64,000 nt of DNA from Callorhinchus milii (Eukaryota), in NCBI RefSeq assembly GCF_018977255.1, contig NW_024704743.1, positions 111,788,001-111,852,000 of the forward strand. Reading direction: 5' to 3'. Shown here piece by piece: positions 24,994-38,585 of the stretch. Position 1 is the first letter of the stretch. Every line of letters begins with the position of its first letter. Below the pieces are notes generated by a model. That model saw nothing but the letters and a program-made list of their open reading frames with translations, did no database searches and was not told the origin of the DNA. The position numbers were made by a program, and so were the translations under genes.

Positions 24994-27169
24994 AAGTGCA
25001 TTTGCGAGTGAATTCACTCTGAGCGCAGGCAATTCCGGATGGCCCGAAGTGGGCAGGTTCCACACGGAGTGCTGGGCGGTCACACAATCAACAGCAATGA
25101 TGGAGCTAACAGGAGCAGGGAAGGAAGGGTAAATAAACAGAAGTCACTGAAAGAAGTTAGCATAACCAATCACAAAAGGTTTTCTGAATCGCACTCTTCC
25201 TGCTGTGTTTGTAACTTGATATTAGTTACACTGCTTTCCTGATCGAGGTACAATAATGAGAAAAATTTCAAAAAGAGGATTCTTTCTATTTTGCATTCCC
25301 CTTAAGTACTGAAAAAACATTGAAACTCTTGCACAATCTGCTGCTTAATGGTATGCTATGCAGAAATACTTGAGATCCTCTGTGGGTTATTTATCATTTT
25401 AAACCTTGCCGTTTTTCGGGCTGACTACATAAAAGATTACATAGTTAGCGTTTCATTTTTTTGTGACACTCACCAAAACATGTTTGCTTTTTAATGATTA
25501 GGTTAGTTGAAAAGGAAAGAGAATGGAGATTTGGTTGGTTTAATTTTCTTCCAGTTTCGTACTTTGCAATCCATTTTGGTGATAAATTACCCCCTCGCTC
25601 TTTTTCATTGAGCATGCTGTCGATGTTTTAATTACTTGAAGTGTAATTTACAGTGGGAAATATTCTGTTTAATTTAGACTGGATTTCAAGGGTCCATGTT
25701 GAAGTTTCTCTGGCTCTGGGGCAGGACATTCAAAGGGCGTCTGGGTGCAAAAGCAGAGCGATCACCAGGCAAAGGGATGGAGACCCCATTCTCCTCCTTA
25801 CTAGACCACCATGCCCTCCGTACATATCGTCATGAAGCGGCGGCCAAGAAAAACATTCCACAGCAAAGCCACTACAGAAGCTTTAGAGTGAACAGAAGCA
25901 GTCTGAGCCGAGGCACATCTGTGAAATCAAACACCAAACGAATAGGAGTTAAGAAAACACCCTTTCAACAAGTCCAGCAAAATGAAACCACCAAACCAAG
26001 GAAGCTCTTCCCCACGCGAGCAGTATTTAAGCATTAGTACAGGGGTGTCGGCGTCCAGGCTGGACCTGTGGGGCACATGCAGCCGCTGCACGTTTACAAA
26101 TGCAAATGATGTAGAGGCAAGTGTCTTCTCAACACAGAGAATCAATTATGACCAAATCCAACAAACCAAACACAAATTCTAATGACATATGCAGACAATT
26201 ATTAGTTCTTCCAGTTCTCTGATGAAAACACTTATCTGCATAAGGACCAAGGATAAACTATTGATGCATTTGTCCATTCCTCATCCTTTGTTGTACATTA
26301 GTTCATTCTAGACAAAAAGGCATTAGCTCTATAACTGCCTTGAGGCAAAGGGGATGATTTCAGTACGTTACACGGGTTAACTATTTTAGGCTGCTATTAG
26401 AATTTAATGATGGTATAAATCTCCAGCAACAGAGTTTATTTCAGCAAGAATACTAGCAAACCAGGCTGACTCGTTTTCTCTGAACTTATGTTTTTCTGGA
26501 TATAATACTACTGCTGTGCTTGTAATGTTTGTTTGCTTTTCCTCATGGAATCTGTCCTGATGTTATATGCAACTTTGCATTAGCATGTAACTGTTACCAC
26601 AATCCACTATACTGACAAATATACGATTCACCCATCACAAAAATTACACCACACAGTCATGTATTATTAAATTGTTCTATTGTTATCCTATATACAGAAT
26701 GCTGGATTGCACAAGCTTCAAGAGCTTGGATTCCCTTATTGAGAACAAGCCCGAGAGAGAGGAGAGGGGAGCATGCGAGTGAGAGGAAGAGCATGAGAAC
26801 AAATGAGTGAAAGGTATGAGAGAGAAAGTAAGAGTGACAGGAAAAAAAAACAAGAAAGAGATGGAGAATGTGTGAGCAGTTTACCATGAGGGCTTTCCTT
26901 GCCATTGAAATAGTTTTCCACTTGTTCTAATAAGTATTATTATCATGAGTATCGCAGCAATGGTCAGTTTAATATTCCCACAGCATAAGTGCACTGCCAA
27001 TGTAGATGTAGCCAATGGGCATCTTGGAAAATCCCCAAGTGATAATGTAACGGAACATCAACAGATACCCTTCTTTCTCAGTACAGAGACTACTGAATGA
27101 CAAGCCTTTGAGTTGGCAACCGAGCCAAAAGGGATCAGGTAGTGCTGTGCTTTAAGATCATTGTCCATT

Positions 27170-27310
27170 CATCTCATTAGTTCAGATCTGAATCCAACTC
27201 AGATTGATTGGGTGGAGGTCTCTCTGTGTTGCTTGTAATGGTCACATGTGTAATGTAATTTGGGCAGTTTCAACTCAGCGCCTCATAGGTGTGGGCCATG
27301 GTATAAAGAT
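27170..27310 (+). mobile_element. Possible LF-SINE-related ancient SINE fragment
   Basis: gaatccaactcag..ggtcacatgtgtaatgtaatttgggcagtttcaactcagcgcctcataggtgtgggcc loosely resembles the recalled LF-SINE body; not verified. Confidence 0.3.
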
Positions 27311-27379
27311 GTCTGCAAATGATTCACTATCTGGCCATTCCATTTAAATGTCAGATTGCCTCAGATGACAGCAATCTTA

Positions 27380-27690
27380 TCTGGGGCTCAGAAGATGCTG
27401 GGTTCAAAGGCTCATGTCGGGAGAGAGCTCATTATCCAGGCTGTTGCTCCAGTGCAATCCTGGAGAAATACTGTATTGTCAGAAGTGCCGTCCTTTGGGT
27501 GGGACATCAAATCAAGGACCTATCTGCCTGCACTTCAGGTTTCCGTTAAAATATCCCACGGCACTATTTGAAAAAAGGGATTTTCCGCATTATCTGGGCC
27601 AACAATTCTCCACATAATATTGATCATTCATTCACATCATAATTGTTTGCGAGCTCTCACTCTATGTAAATGGCTGCTGCATTGGCCTAG
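27380..27690 (+). mobile_element. Old Deu-domain SINE
   Basis: gggttcaaagg..gaagtgccgtcctttgggtgggacatcaaatcaaggacc..gttaaaatatcccacggcactattt..ggccaacaa. Confidence 0.7.
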
Positions 27691-28429
27691 GAAAGCAAAT
27701 CCTAGAGTTGACCGCAATTGCTGTAAAGTGCATTGAGGAGTTTTGATGCAATAAACCAAGTTCTTTCTTTCCACAGTATAAATACAACAAAAACACCATT
27801 GCAGCAATCGCACCCATCGGGCTGAAGATGTGGACTTGGCATCAAGACGGTTTTGCAGGACTGTGACATAACTGGTGCCACCTCTCAGCAGGTTTTTGGA
27901 GAAACACATTAAAGCTCCTGTGAAAAGCTACGTTGGGAATGTGTGGGTTTGCGAAAGAAAATGCCCGAACCAGGATCTCGGTTACATTCTTCACCAACTT
28001 TCTCCTGTGGAAACTCAACTTTTCAGGAGGTGTATTCTAAAGTACTGTACAATTGCCTAAAGCAGCCATTGGACATTCAAAGTGATTTATAGGAACATAG
28101 GAAAATTGTGCCTGGACAAATTCTGGTACAAACCCAACTGGTTGGATGTTGGAACTAACTGGAACCTTACAGCTGCTCATTTGTAAACAGTACATCAAAT
28201 GGTTGAAACGGCACGCACATTTTTAGCTGTTCAGCCACAATTCAGGAGGCCAACACATAAGAAAACATGTTAAAGTGGACATAATTAATTGGCTTAAACA
28301 CTGTTCCTCATCTCTGCCACGACAGCTAGTAATGAGACTGCATGTAGACAGGTGATGATCACCTTACTGAACATCTCCATTCAGTTTGTAAGCATAATGA
28401 TGATGACTTCCCTCTGACTGCTCCAAAAG

Positions 28430-28720
28430 CCTATCATACCCAATCTTCGCCTGTTAGCCCATTAGCTCAATCCCAGAGGATTGAGTTAAAAATCCTCGTC
28501 CTCACTTTTAAATCCCACCACTGTCTTGCCCCCCCATTCCTCTGTGACCTTCTAAAGCCCTACCAACTTGCTCACTCCCTGCACTTGGCAGGCACTGGCT
28601 TGCTTCATATCACCCACCCACCATTAGTGGTCTGGCTTTCAGCTTTTCCACCCTGGAGTCCTTCCGCCTTGCCCCTTCCCTCGCTTCCTTCAATCTCCGA
28701 GTACAATCTTCAATCTATAA
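28430..28720 (+). mobile_element. L2 LINE 3' ORF2 fragment
   Basis: Encodes IPERIELKILVLTFKSHHCLAPPFLCDLLKPYQLAHSLHLAGTGLLHI-like text with frameshifts, typical of the L2 C-terminus. It is the same family as 56430-56830. Confidence 0.75.
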
Positions 28721-30241
28721 CCATCTCCATTTTAGTTTGTCCATATATCTTTTTCCCTCTCACTTCTGCCTCCCCTTCAATGGTGCAGCCAAGCTGGACT
28801 GGGTACAAGCTGTTAAAGAAAAGTATGGGAAGCAAACCCTTGTGTAACTTGGGTGTAGCACCTCCTGTGGCATCGCCAATGCACTGAGCTGTCTCTCATT
28901 GCTCTCTCACCTTTACGACTGCACTCACTCAATTGAGAGTGGTACTGCTGTCACCCACTCAGTGTGTCTAATATTTCACTAGCACACATAAATTAACCAC
29001 TTGATTTACCCTCCTTTGCACCCTCGTTTCCCTGGAAATATAATTGTTTTCTCAATACTTCTTAGTAGTCAATAAATTGGATGAAAAATATTTATTTCAA
29101 TATATATTATATAATATGTTATAAAAAGATATGGCAGGCCTATTAATTTTAAAAAATGTATCCTGCTTAACTCAGCTTAAGAGAGTCAAACTTTGCAAAT
29201 TTTTACAAAACATCCATGGTTTACTTATGGTTAATGCACAACACAGCATCTATGGAGTATAGAATGAGTTAATGGCTGCAGGTCATTTAAGTCTAATCTG
29301 TGCAACTGTATTGTGGCTGTAACGTCTTCTATTCAGTCTTCATTAAGACTATGGAGGATCGCAAAACATCCCTCCCCATTTTGTGAAATGAATATTAGCA
29401 GCTCCTCATATGTGGCAGTGGCAATGAATTCAGTTTTCTATGGCAATTTACGGCATATGGTTTTGATTAATAACACAAACTTTGTGTAATGGCAGAACAC
29501 AGCAAGTGAAAGTCAATGAGAATTGTTTGAACTGATTGTGTGACCTAAGAAAACAATAAGACAGGCTCAGGGCCAAGATTATTACCCCATGCCACTGATT
29601 ATTTCAAGATCATGATAAAATCCTTAATCTTTATCCCTTTATGGGAGTGAGCTGGGGGAAGGGGTCACCTGTGTGTGAAATCCACGGAATCTGCTTTTCC
29701 TTCAAAGCTCAGGAGATCCAAACAAAATCAATGGATGTACATCCAAAGCAGTTTTAAAGGTTTTGTGAAACAAATCTTTCAAACAGGCACTGGTTTAGTG
29801 TTATTGAGCTTTGTTTCGATCTATCAGAGTGAGTAACGCAGAAGCAGTCCAGTTAACTGTGCTCATACTCTAAGAGGAGATTAGCAGGTGCATCTCTCCA
29901 CAAATACAGCTGTGCCATAGCTGAGGGGGCGGACGTCACAATGTTCAATCCACAACTGAGCGCTGGCACAGCTCGGTCTTCATCACCACAGTCCTCAGGC
30001 AACTGGTCTCTCACAGCCAAATGGTACAGTATTCCCGCTTCACTGCTCCCATAGACCACAGTCTCAAGGGCTCCAAATCACTCAAGGCTAACTTAAGATT
30101 GTTGTGTTAAATGTTAAAATGGTGTAGAATTTTGGAAAATCCTCAAATTCAGATATAATCTCGAAGCTGCCTCTCTTTTCAGAAGTTTTTTTTAAAAACA
30201 AGATTTCCACAATCTCGATATTAACTCAATATGGAGTTTGT

Positions 30242-30552
30242 GGGGTCCTGTAGCTCAGTGGTTAGAGCACTCGCCTTGCAGGCGGGACACCTGGGTTCAA
30301 TTGCAGGCAGGGTGAAACCTTGGGCAAGGTTCCTTACTCCACACGCCTAATAATCCCTCCAAAACAAAACAATAATAAATTGGTCATTTTCAATCCATGA
30401 CTGTTTGTGGGACACTGCTGTGCGCAATCGGCTGCCGCATTTCGCCCACAAATATACAGTCAATTTACTTTACAGCCTATTCTGTGAAGTGCTTTGAAAC
30501 GTCGAGAAGACGTGAAAAGCGCTATATGAAATGCAAGGATTATTTATTATTT
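30242..30552 (+). mobile_element. Young tRNA-SINE with intact head and an internal deletion
   Basis: A box tagctcagtgg (30251), B box ggttcaatt (30294), ccttgggcaag motif, shared 3' body and tail. Confidence 0.88.
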
Positions 30553-32699
30553 AATGGTCTCAATGCCTTTAAACTCGCGCTTGTCCAGGGTAATACTGCT
30601 GCACTCAAGTCAACTGATGGGACATACTGTTAACTTTTGGAACACACTGTCATACTACGTGTCTGACTAACACCTTATGTTGGTTAATCCATCCATCTCA
30701 GGGCTCAGGAAAGTTTGGCACTGAAAGTTACTCAATATTCACCATCCATCACCAAGTGACGGGAGGTCAAAGCACTGAACACCCAGCGGAGAAGTGTCAG
30801 AGGCACTGTGATCGACTACGGTGGGTATTAGTGACGGGATGAAGCTGGTCGAGAGCCTGGCACACTACGGCTTGTGCTATTGGTCCTTTATTTCCTGGAC
30901 CCTCAACAAAAGGCTGGACTACATTACCACATATTAAAATGTGTTGACAATTTCTAAACCGGGATCATTCGCATAGTTTTAAACGAACTGAAATAAATAT
31001 TTTATTCAGTGGCATGTTTAATTAGCAAAGATGTCATCACTAACTTCATAGCTCTCCTCTCCTCCCCCCGCCTCGCCTCCCACCTCCCCCCCCCCCACCC
31101 GCCAAAAAATAATTGAAGGTCACAGAATTCTGTTAAAAGCCTCACGATTTTCTAACAAATTCTGAAACATTGTGTTCATTGTAGATTCAGTTTAAATAAC
31201 CAAAGTAGCAAGTCATACAATCTTTTCTGCAGGAATATTAGAAACCACATCTAATATTATTTTTCTCCGCCGCCTCCCCACAAAATAAAAACAAAAAACA
31301 AAATTGCTTTTTTCATAACCGAGCAGTGAAACTGGGATCCTGTCGGTTATATATATCCTTGATTTCTGTCGGTAATAAAATACTTTCACAATTACTATTG
31401 ACAGTCCTGGATAATCGTGAAGGCTGCATTGCTTCAGGAAGATGAGTGTTACAAATCATTCTGCAGGGAGAAGGGTAACAGCAGCAGGCAGCAGACAGGT
31501 TTCAATTTCACAATGCTGATTATCTCATTCCAAATTCTATGCATGCCTAAATCTGAGAATCCTCGAAGCATCCACATGGACTCCTGGTTTTAAAATGCCT
31601 ATTACACTTTCATACTTCTGCTGCTTCCTGAAGACTGCCATTTCACCAAGCTTAAATAGCAGAAAATTACACTGCTTCTTCTCTGCCCATCTTCTCAATC
31701 TCTATTAACCTGAGGAAGAACAAAGGACTGGGCTCCAGCATTTGGCAGCACAGGTTGGGGTGTGGGTTAAATGAAGCTGTGTTTGTTGTAGACCCTTCCC
31801 CCACCCCCGGACCCCACCCCCCACCCCCCAAAGCATCCGTCCAGGCATTTTACCAAATAGGGTGAGTGTGTGGTTGTATTTCCGAGCTTTCTCCATCGCC
31901 CACAGCTTCAAACTCTTCCAAATCAAACAAACACAACCATATCATTAGCATGACGTTATTTGTTAAGATTTATTCACTTCAGCGGTACAGCAATGTCTCT
32001 GTACGGAATTGTTACTGAACCATTTGCATTTGCAGAGCTGCAGACACAGTATACGGATATAAGATGCAATACTCGCTGCCTCTGATGAAACTGATGTTTT
32101 GGTGAATGATGAAGTGCCTTAAAGAGACTCTTCAAAACTGTAATATTGATTTTGACGGCTTGGATAAAATAGACAAAAAAAAATCACTCACTTTCGTTTC
32201 TCTGACATTCCATCAAGGTACAGCTTGTCAAAATTAAGGGATGGTGTAAAGATTTTATTTTACAGCTCCTTTTACGCTTACCACAACTTTACTGTAAGAA
32301 ACACTCTGCAGGAATTTCTGTGAGGCAAGCATTCCTGTAAGTGGCACACAGAATACTGCAAGAGGCAGATTATTTATTTAACACAAACTGACAGAATACA
32401 ATTTAATATAAACCCAGTTGCCCAATGACCCTTTAAACACCCAAACCTTCTTTAAACACAGCAATGCTCATACGATGATGTCACTGAAAATTTCACTCAC
32501 TACCTCAAGCTGCTTTATCTCCGGCTGAAAAATCATATGCTGAAGCGTTTGAATTAAAAGTTATTTTCTACTGAAGCATTCAATTATGCAAATAGCGTTT
32601 TTTATGCAAACCATCTATGATCACAAATAGGGCCCAGTTTGTGGATTTGGGTTAGCAATCCATGTGCAAAGTTGAGCGTAGCATTTCATAGAATGATAT

Positions 32700-32765
32700 G
32701 TACATTAACAGGCCATTTGGCTCAACTAGTCAATGCTGGTGTTTATGCTTCACACTTGCCTCCAA
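32700..32765 (-). mobile_element. CR1 3' end fragment
   Basis: aggccatttggctcaactagtcaatgctggtgtttatgcttcacac resembles a recalled chondrichthyan CR1 3' end. Confidence 0.4.
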
Positions 32766-34774
32766 CACTTCTAATTGGCAGGCTGGAATACCCACATGCT
32801 AATACATATAGTTAATTAATTAACTAACAATTAGTTAAAAGGATCACTGAATAATAATACTGTAATAATAATCACCTGTACATGTGGCTAACACAACCAG
32901 CACATTTTGCACATCGATTAAACCAGCCCACAAATTACTGTTTCAAATAGTCATAAAAGGTTTTCTGTTGTCTGTGGTTTTGTTTTTGCGTTATCATGTG
33001 ATCGCTGCTCCTACTTCCCATTATGCCTACAAACAAATGGGAAGTCTGAGATGTGGCTTTCTCCACACACAAAAGAGGCTTGAGAACGAAGGAATCCAGC
33101 TTGTCCTTACCAACCACAAGTGCCGCCATAACCTGCTCATTGTTTGCTTCCGAACTTAATGAAGAACCAAAAGTGCTCTGCATGTTTTCTCTAAACAGTG
33201 TACACTTAAGTTTAATAATCTGATACAATTTATTAAGTGTGAAGTTTGCTGATCCCTAAATTATTCATAACACGGTCCAGACTGATTAAGATTGGCTTGT
33301 TAAGGAGCACAAGAAGCAATTAAACTGACAAGGCAGCAGGGCCTTGATGTATACATTTATTATCACAAGAATACCCAATGTGAATGCCCTTATTAAGCAA
33401 TGAATTTCACCTCACTGGCCTTCTACCATTGCTGCCACAGGCAGAGTGTGCTAGGAACAACATGTCAAAAGCTAACTCTGAGGAAATGCCTATCTTCCAG
33501 TGAAACCGATTTTGTAATGAACCTTTCAATTCACTCCTGAGGTAATAAATCCTGACTGGTGCATTAATTACTTGATAACATCCCATCAAAATGCAAATGC
33601 AGCACTTGACCCATAGGAATGGCTCACTGGCTGTTAACTCTTCAGGGTATACATAAATTGTCTGTTTTCTTTTATCAAACAGGGCATTTATTTCTATCCT
33701 GCTCGGGTGGAATGTCACTCGCTTCCAAATTCAGTCCCACAGCAGTCTGACACTAATTTGTGCCAAGCTTTGGCCAAGTGCACCGACCGTCCTAATTTTA
33801 TTTCCTAGCTTCGTACGTTTGAAACCTTTTTTTTCCTTCTGACTTCTTTGGTGGAGGAATCTTAAGAGGTCAGGGTCTATTCACCGCTAATTTTACATGC
33901 CACGACCCTCCTCCAAGCACAGTGTGATTTCTCTGTGAAACTGTATTACAGCTGAATAAATTAACACAAATGACCCAGACAGCTCTCTTCCTGATTTGTC
34001 ACGAGTCCAACATTTCCTTCACAGCTTCCAGCACAGTTTTTTTTTGGGAGGTGGGGGGAGGGGGGAACTCACACTCTCTTCTATTTCCAAGAAAAGTAAT
34101 CCGAAGCGTGTGTGTGTAAAATAAAGTACCACGTGAATTACCATGCACACAGTGCTGGGACACGAAGAAATAAATTCCAAGGAATAATATTTTGACGGGA
34201 ATTATTTTTCTACATTTACCCAACCCAGTATTCATTCCTCACGCCCTGCCCTCTCTCTCTCTGTCCCCCCCTCTTTCCCTGCCTCTGCAGCCAGCTTGTT
34301 TCTTTTTCAAGCTGTGAGTGAGAATGGCCTTTATTAAAAATATCAGCGGTGTGCTGGATCTCAAACTAGCAAAGGACAGCTCAGTTTCACCGCCTGTTAC
34401 CCACGAACCCTGAGACGCAACAGATACATTTCAGATCAAGAATATCCCTCTGTCCCCCCCCATCAATATTCCCCTCTGTGCTGCTGCTGAGTGTGTCTAC
34501 CTCACTGCCAGCAAACTGTAGGGGCCCAGGTTATTCCAATGCAAGGACTTTGTCTGACGTGTCCTCAGTGCAATTAAACATTTATAAAAAATATTTGTTA
34601 AGCACAACAAATATCAGTCATTGCATGTTGTTTCTTCACATCAGCATCAAGATCAATCTGCTCTCAAACCAGGTACCCGAGGCACAGGGAGGGGAGTTGA
34701 TAAAGGAAGAAGGAAGGCGGGCCCTGGATCCAACATTAAAGAATGCAACCAAACAGTAGGGTGATTGTTATATT

Positions 34775-34850
34775 AAAAAAAACGGGAATGCTGGAAATGT
34801 GCAAGTCAACAGGCATCTGAAAGAAAAAGGTTAATGTTTCGAGGAGGATT
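34775..34850. mobile_element. Penelope-like element terminal fragment
   Basis: aatgctggaaat..ggcatctgaaagaaaaaggttaatgtttcg; similar to 35375-35465. The family call is from memory. Confidence 0.4.
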
Positions 34851-34894
34851 CTTTGCCTGATTTAAAACGGCTGGAATGGAACAGCCCCTTTATA

Positions 34895-35097
34895 TAATAA
34901 TAATAATCCTTGCATTTGATATAGCGCTTTTCACGTCGGGAGGACGTCCCAAAGCGCTTCACAGAACACACTGTAAAGTGAATTGACTGTATATTTGTGG
35001 GCGAACGCGGCAGCCAATTGCGCACAGCAATGTCCCATAAACAGTCATAGATTGAAAATGACAAATTTATTATTGTTTTTGGTTTTGGAGGGATTAT
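34895..35097 (-). mobile_element. Young SINE 3' half (CpG-rich, low divergence)
   Basis: (taa)n-tccttgcatttgatatagcgcttttcacgtcgggaggacgtcccaaagcgcttcacag..gcagccaattgcgcacagc. Confidence 0.85.
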
Positions 35098-35374
35098 TTT
35101 TATTGTATGCTACATCAGGGCATTGCAGGCAAATAAAGACCAGTAAGATGAAGATTTAAAGGAAAGATCTAACTGTACACAAAGGGGCCAACCTTTGGGT
35201 CATTAACAGATTATGAGGTGCTGGCTTTAAAGGTTGGTGCAGGTAGGACTCAGGTGGGTGTGTAAGGAAACGCAAAATCTCTGTATGAATCTGTTTAAAA
35301 AAAATCCAGCGTGGGGTTTGGGGTTTGGAGGAGGCGACTAAGGGTTAGAAGGGGTGAAAAGAAAATCTCGGGCC

Positions 35375-35465
35375 CCTGGAAATCTGAGGTTAAAAACAGA
35401 GAATGCTACAAATGCACAGCAGGCAAAACAGCATCTGAAAGAGAAAGACAGGACAATGCCTCGGA
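35375..35465. mobile_element. Penelope-like element terminal fragment
   Basis: ctggaaatctgaggttaaaaacagagaatgctacaaatgcacagcaggcaaaacagcatctgaaagagaaagacag; second in-window copy of the motif. Confidence 0.45.
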
Positions 35466-35633
35466 AACCCCAGGGTGATTGTTTTTTAGCTGCGCTGCTT
35501 ATTGCTGCTTTAAATGTGAAAGATGTCCTTGGTTTTTTATAAAAGAGGGAGCTGCCTTATCCCCTGCTGAAGTATATCACTCCATTGAGTGCTGACCCTT
35601 CACCTCATTCCAACCCTGCCCATTGCACCATAT

Positions 35634-35722
35634 AACAATAATAATCCTTGCATTTGATACAACACCTTATTACTCCTTCGAGACGTCTCAAAGCGCTTCA
35701 CAGAATATACTGGAAAGTCAAT
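35634..35722 (-). mobile_element. SINE tail fragment
   Basis: ataatccttgcatttgatac..gagacgtctcaaagcgcttcacagaatatactg. Confidence 0.8.
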
Positions 35723-38026
35723 TAACCATCAGACACCAGTGATCCTCTGCATAGGTGAGAACCAGTCACACAGCTGCAGGATGGCAAATACTGCCAGGGT
35801 TTGTTTCATTTCTTGTTGCTTTTGTTATATCAAAAAGGAAATGCAAAGAACAATAATATCACTGCGCTACGAGAGTGTTTCCACCATCATCACTTTAGAA
35901 ACCTGAATTGTGCCCTGAATCAAAACTTACATCTTCATTGTTCTTTCTTTTGGGGAAAAAAAAGTGATAATTAAGTAAAAGTTCCGGCTTTCTTTTTTCC
36001 ACTTTAAGTGGCTTTCAACCTCCTCCCCTATTTCCAGCCAGTGCTTAATTGCGTGGCAACTTAACATGGGTCAGTGTTGTGGGAGTGTTGTGGGGAAAAA
36101 TGCATCTCATGACATTGCAGATCGTACTATAAACCATCCTGTTTAGCGATTCCAGTAAGAAAAAGTTAAAAAAAAGCATTAAAAATAAAAGTGATTTTTT
36201 TTAATGATGGGCAGCATAAACCGAACGTGCTATGGGGAACGGGTGGAATAACCAGTGTTTTCCCTTCATGACTTGTCTCTTGTGAGTTATTTTCCTGAAA
36301 TAAAACCTCTGTTCCACTATTCCCCTTCGGCTCAAATATTAATCCTCAGAGGCTTGTAGATGAGCTATCTTTTCTGAGCACGATCAGGTTGCATGCAGCA
36401 CCAATCAGATGTCCAGTTGTGGGTAGCACTTCTTGCTGTGATCTTTTAAAGTGTGTCTAAACTTAATCTTAGAATTTTGAATATGGACCGGCTGAAAAAA
36501 AAACGGCCTTTTGGAGCAAGTTTTCCAACAGGCCAATTGTTTTGTGTGGTATCAGTGTATACTTGAATACTTGTGGTACGCCAGTGTACACTGAGGCCCG
36601 GGAGTCTTGGAGAAATGCGTGTGTTTAGACATTAAACTAATGGGGAATAATTCAATAATTAAAGCAGCACATTAATCGGGGGGGGAAATTAAAAGCAAAT
36701 GTAAATAATAAAACTAAAGAGCATTAGAAAAGATGAGGATCAGAAATGGATTTAAGTGCTTCAGTTCACTTGTTTCAATACAAATCGTGTGACTTGGTTT
36801 TATTTTGCAAAAGAAAACAGGCAGTTCAGGAAAACTGAAATTCCCTGGTGCTCTCAAGAGTTCATCAATTCAGGACTGCACCAGCACTTCACCAGCACTG
36901 TCAAAGAGTGCACGGGTACTAATTAAGCAGGGAAGTAAGAAGTGCTCTTCCATCTGGCACACTCTACCTTATGATGCCCGCCATTCGGTGGGTACAGAGA
37001 TCATTTCTATTGAAGGTGAATCAAGGCGCAGGAAAGTGCGCTTGGCTCGCTGTAAACACCTTGCGATCTTCAAAGAGTTAAACCTCGAGTCTCTGATCCC
37101 TGTAATAATTTTGAATGCTGTGTGGAGAGAGAAAAAAATTGAAGTCTAATAAGGCTTCAGAATAAAGGTTGACCAGTGTACACAACCAATCCTTTAATCA
37201 GGGGATCAGGAGAGTATGGACATTTTTCTTCACTTTATGCACCGAGCAGGATCACCATTTTCTGCTGCTGTTGATCCTCCATATCCCATCTGGAATGCTA
37301 ACCTGCCATTATACCTCAGTAAGTCTATCTTTACCACCTGGACTATTCAGTCTTCCAAGCCCCTTTATTTGTCCTCAAGGCTCGCTGCAAAGAACTTAAT
37401 ACGTGTTGCTAGGCAACTCCGCAGATGAGAAAATATGTTGTTTGGGCTACAATTTTTTTACATCATACACTGGCCCTAATGCCTTGACAATAGGCTCTGC
37501 AAACTATGCACTGATAATTCTCTGCAAGTTTTACAAAAGATGGGGGTCAGGAGAGTATTAATTGATGCTGAAAATAATGACATGGAGAGGCACCACTGCG
37601 GCTTAGTGTGACTGGCATGTGATAAGCTTCCCAAGACAGTCTAATGCAATACACACATCTTCCCCACACACCACCACCCCCGAAAACAGCAACAATATTT
37701 TGCGTTACTTTTAGTGGATCATTTTGACAGTGTTTGTGCTTTAAATAATATTTTATCTTATCCTCCAAGTACCGAATGCTCTTTTGCAGATTGAATTACA
37801 TCTTCTGCAGTATTTCATCAGACCAAAGAATAGCTTTCAAATGGTTTCTGAAATGCTGCGGACAAAAGTATTGGGTGCACGGAATCCATTCCTCAGTAAC
37901 GGCAGGAATATCTGAACAGTGATGAAAAGTATTAACACAGCAAGAGATTTCACAAACTGCAGCTTAATACAATGGACTTTCAGATAGAGATGGGGGTAAA
38001 ATGTCTCTGTCATGTGTGATGTCATT

Positions 38027-38105
38027 GAATAATAATAATCCTTGCGTTTGATATAGCGCCTTATCACGTCTTTGAGACATCTCAAAGCGCTTCACAGAAT
38101 ATACC
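38027..38105 (-). mobile_element. SINE tail fragment
   Basis: (aat)n-ccttgcgtttgatatagcgccttatcacgtctttgagacatctcaaagcgcttcacag. Confidence 0.8.
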
Positions 38106-38384
38106 GTAATATATTGAATGGTACTTTAAGAACAGGATCTTTCAATTTACAATGTAGGACTTTGCTCAGATCCTACTTTTGTGGTACATTGGCCCTTACC
38201 TTATCTCATAACATGCGACAAACATTTTGTGTCTAAGTTCCTAAACAGACACAAGATTTGTGATCACCAGCCCATGGAAGTAACTTGTTTCACTGTCCCA
38301 AAGCTTGACACCACCCATTCCTCACTGACCCTGAAACTTTACCATCATACACTACAGAGAATGACTCTGCACTCCATTTGAGGA

Positions 38385-38585
38385 ATCCAGGACAACACAA
38401 CCTTATAATCAGAGCTAAGCCGACTAAAGAAGAGTACAAAATAAATTCTGCACGCAGAGATCTGGATATTCGAACCCGACTACCTAAAAAAACAGTTGAT
38501 TGAGATATCTGAATGAGAAATAATTGATACTTGGTAAGCAGATATTGTGGGATATGAAGAAAAGGCGTGCAAAATGGAATTAACA
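38385..38585 (+). mobile_element. Degenerate CR1 3' fragment
   Basis: ccaggacaacacaaccttataatcagagct (TRGHNL.IRA-like), cacgcagaga (TQR), gggatatgaagaaaaggc (GY..KA). Confidence 0.45.

Noticed and set aside
30242..30315. tRNA-Ala-like gene (A and B boxes, TGC anticodon-like loop); similar heads at 23640-23710 and 47970-48040
   Set aside because: No proper acceptor stem, and the sequence runs directly into SINE body. These are SINE heads, not tRNA genes.
34820..34870. Hammerhead ribozyme in the Penelope-like fragments, and at CTGATGA sites such as 49504
   Set aside because: The CTGATGA core is degenerate in the Penelope-like copy. At 49504 the stem is followed by ACTGAA rather than GAAA. I saw no intact CUGAUGA-stem-GAAA core by eye; an Infernal search would be decisive.
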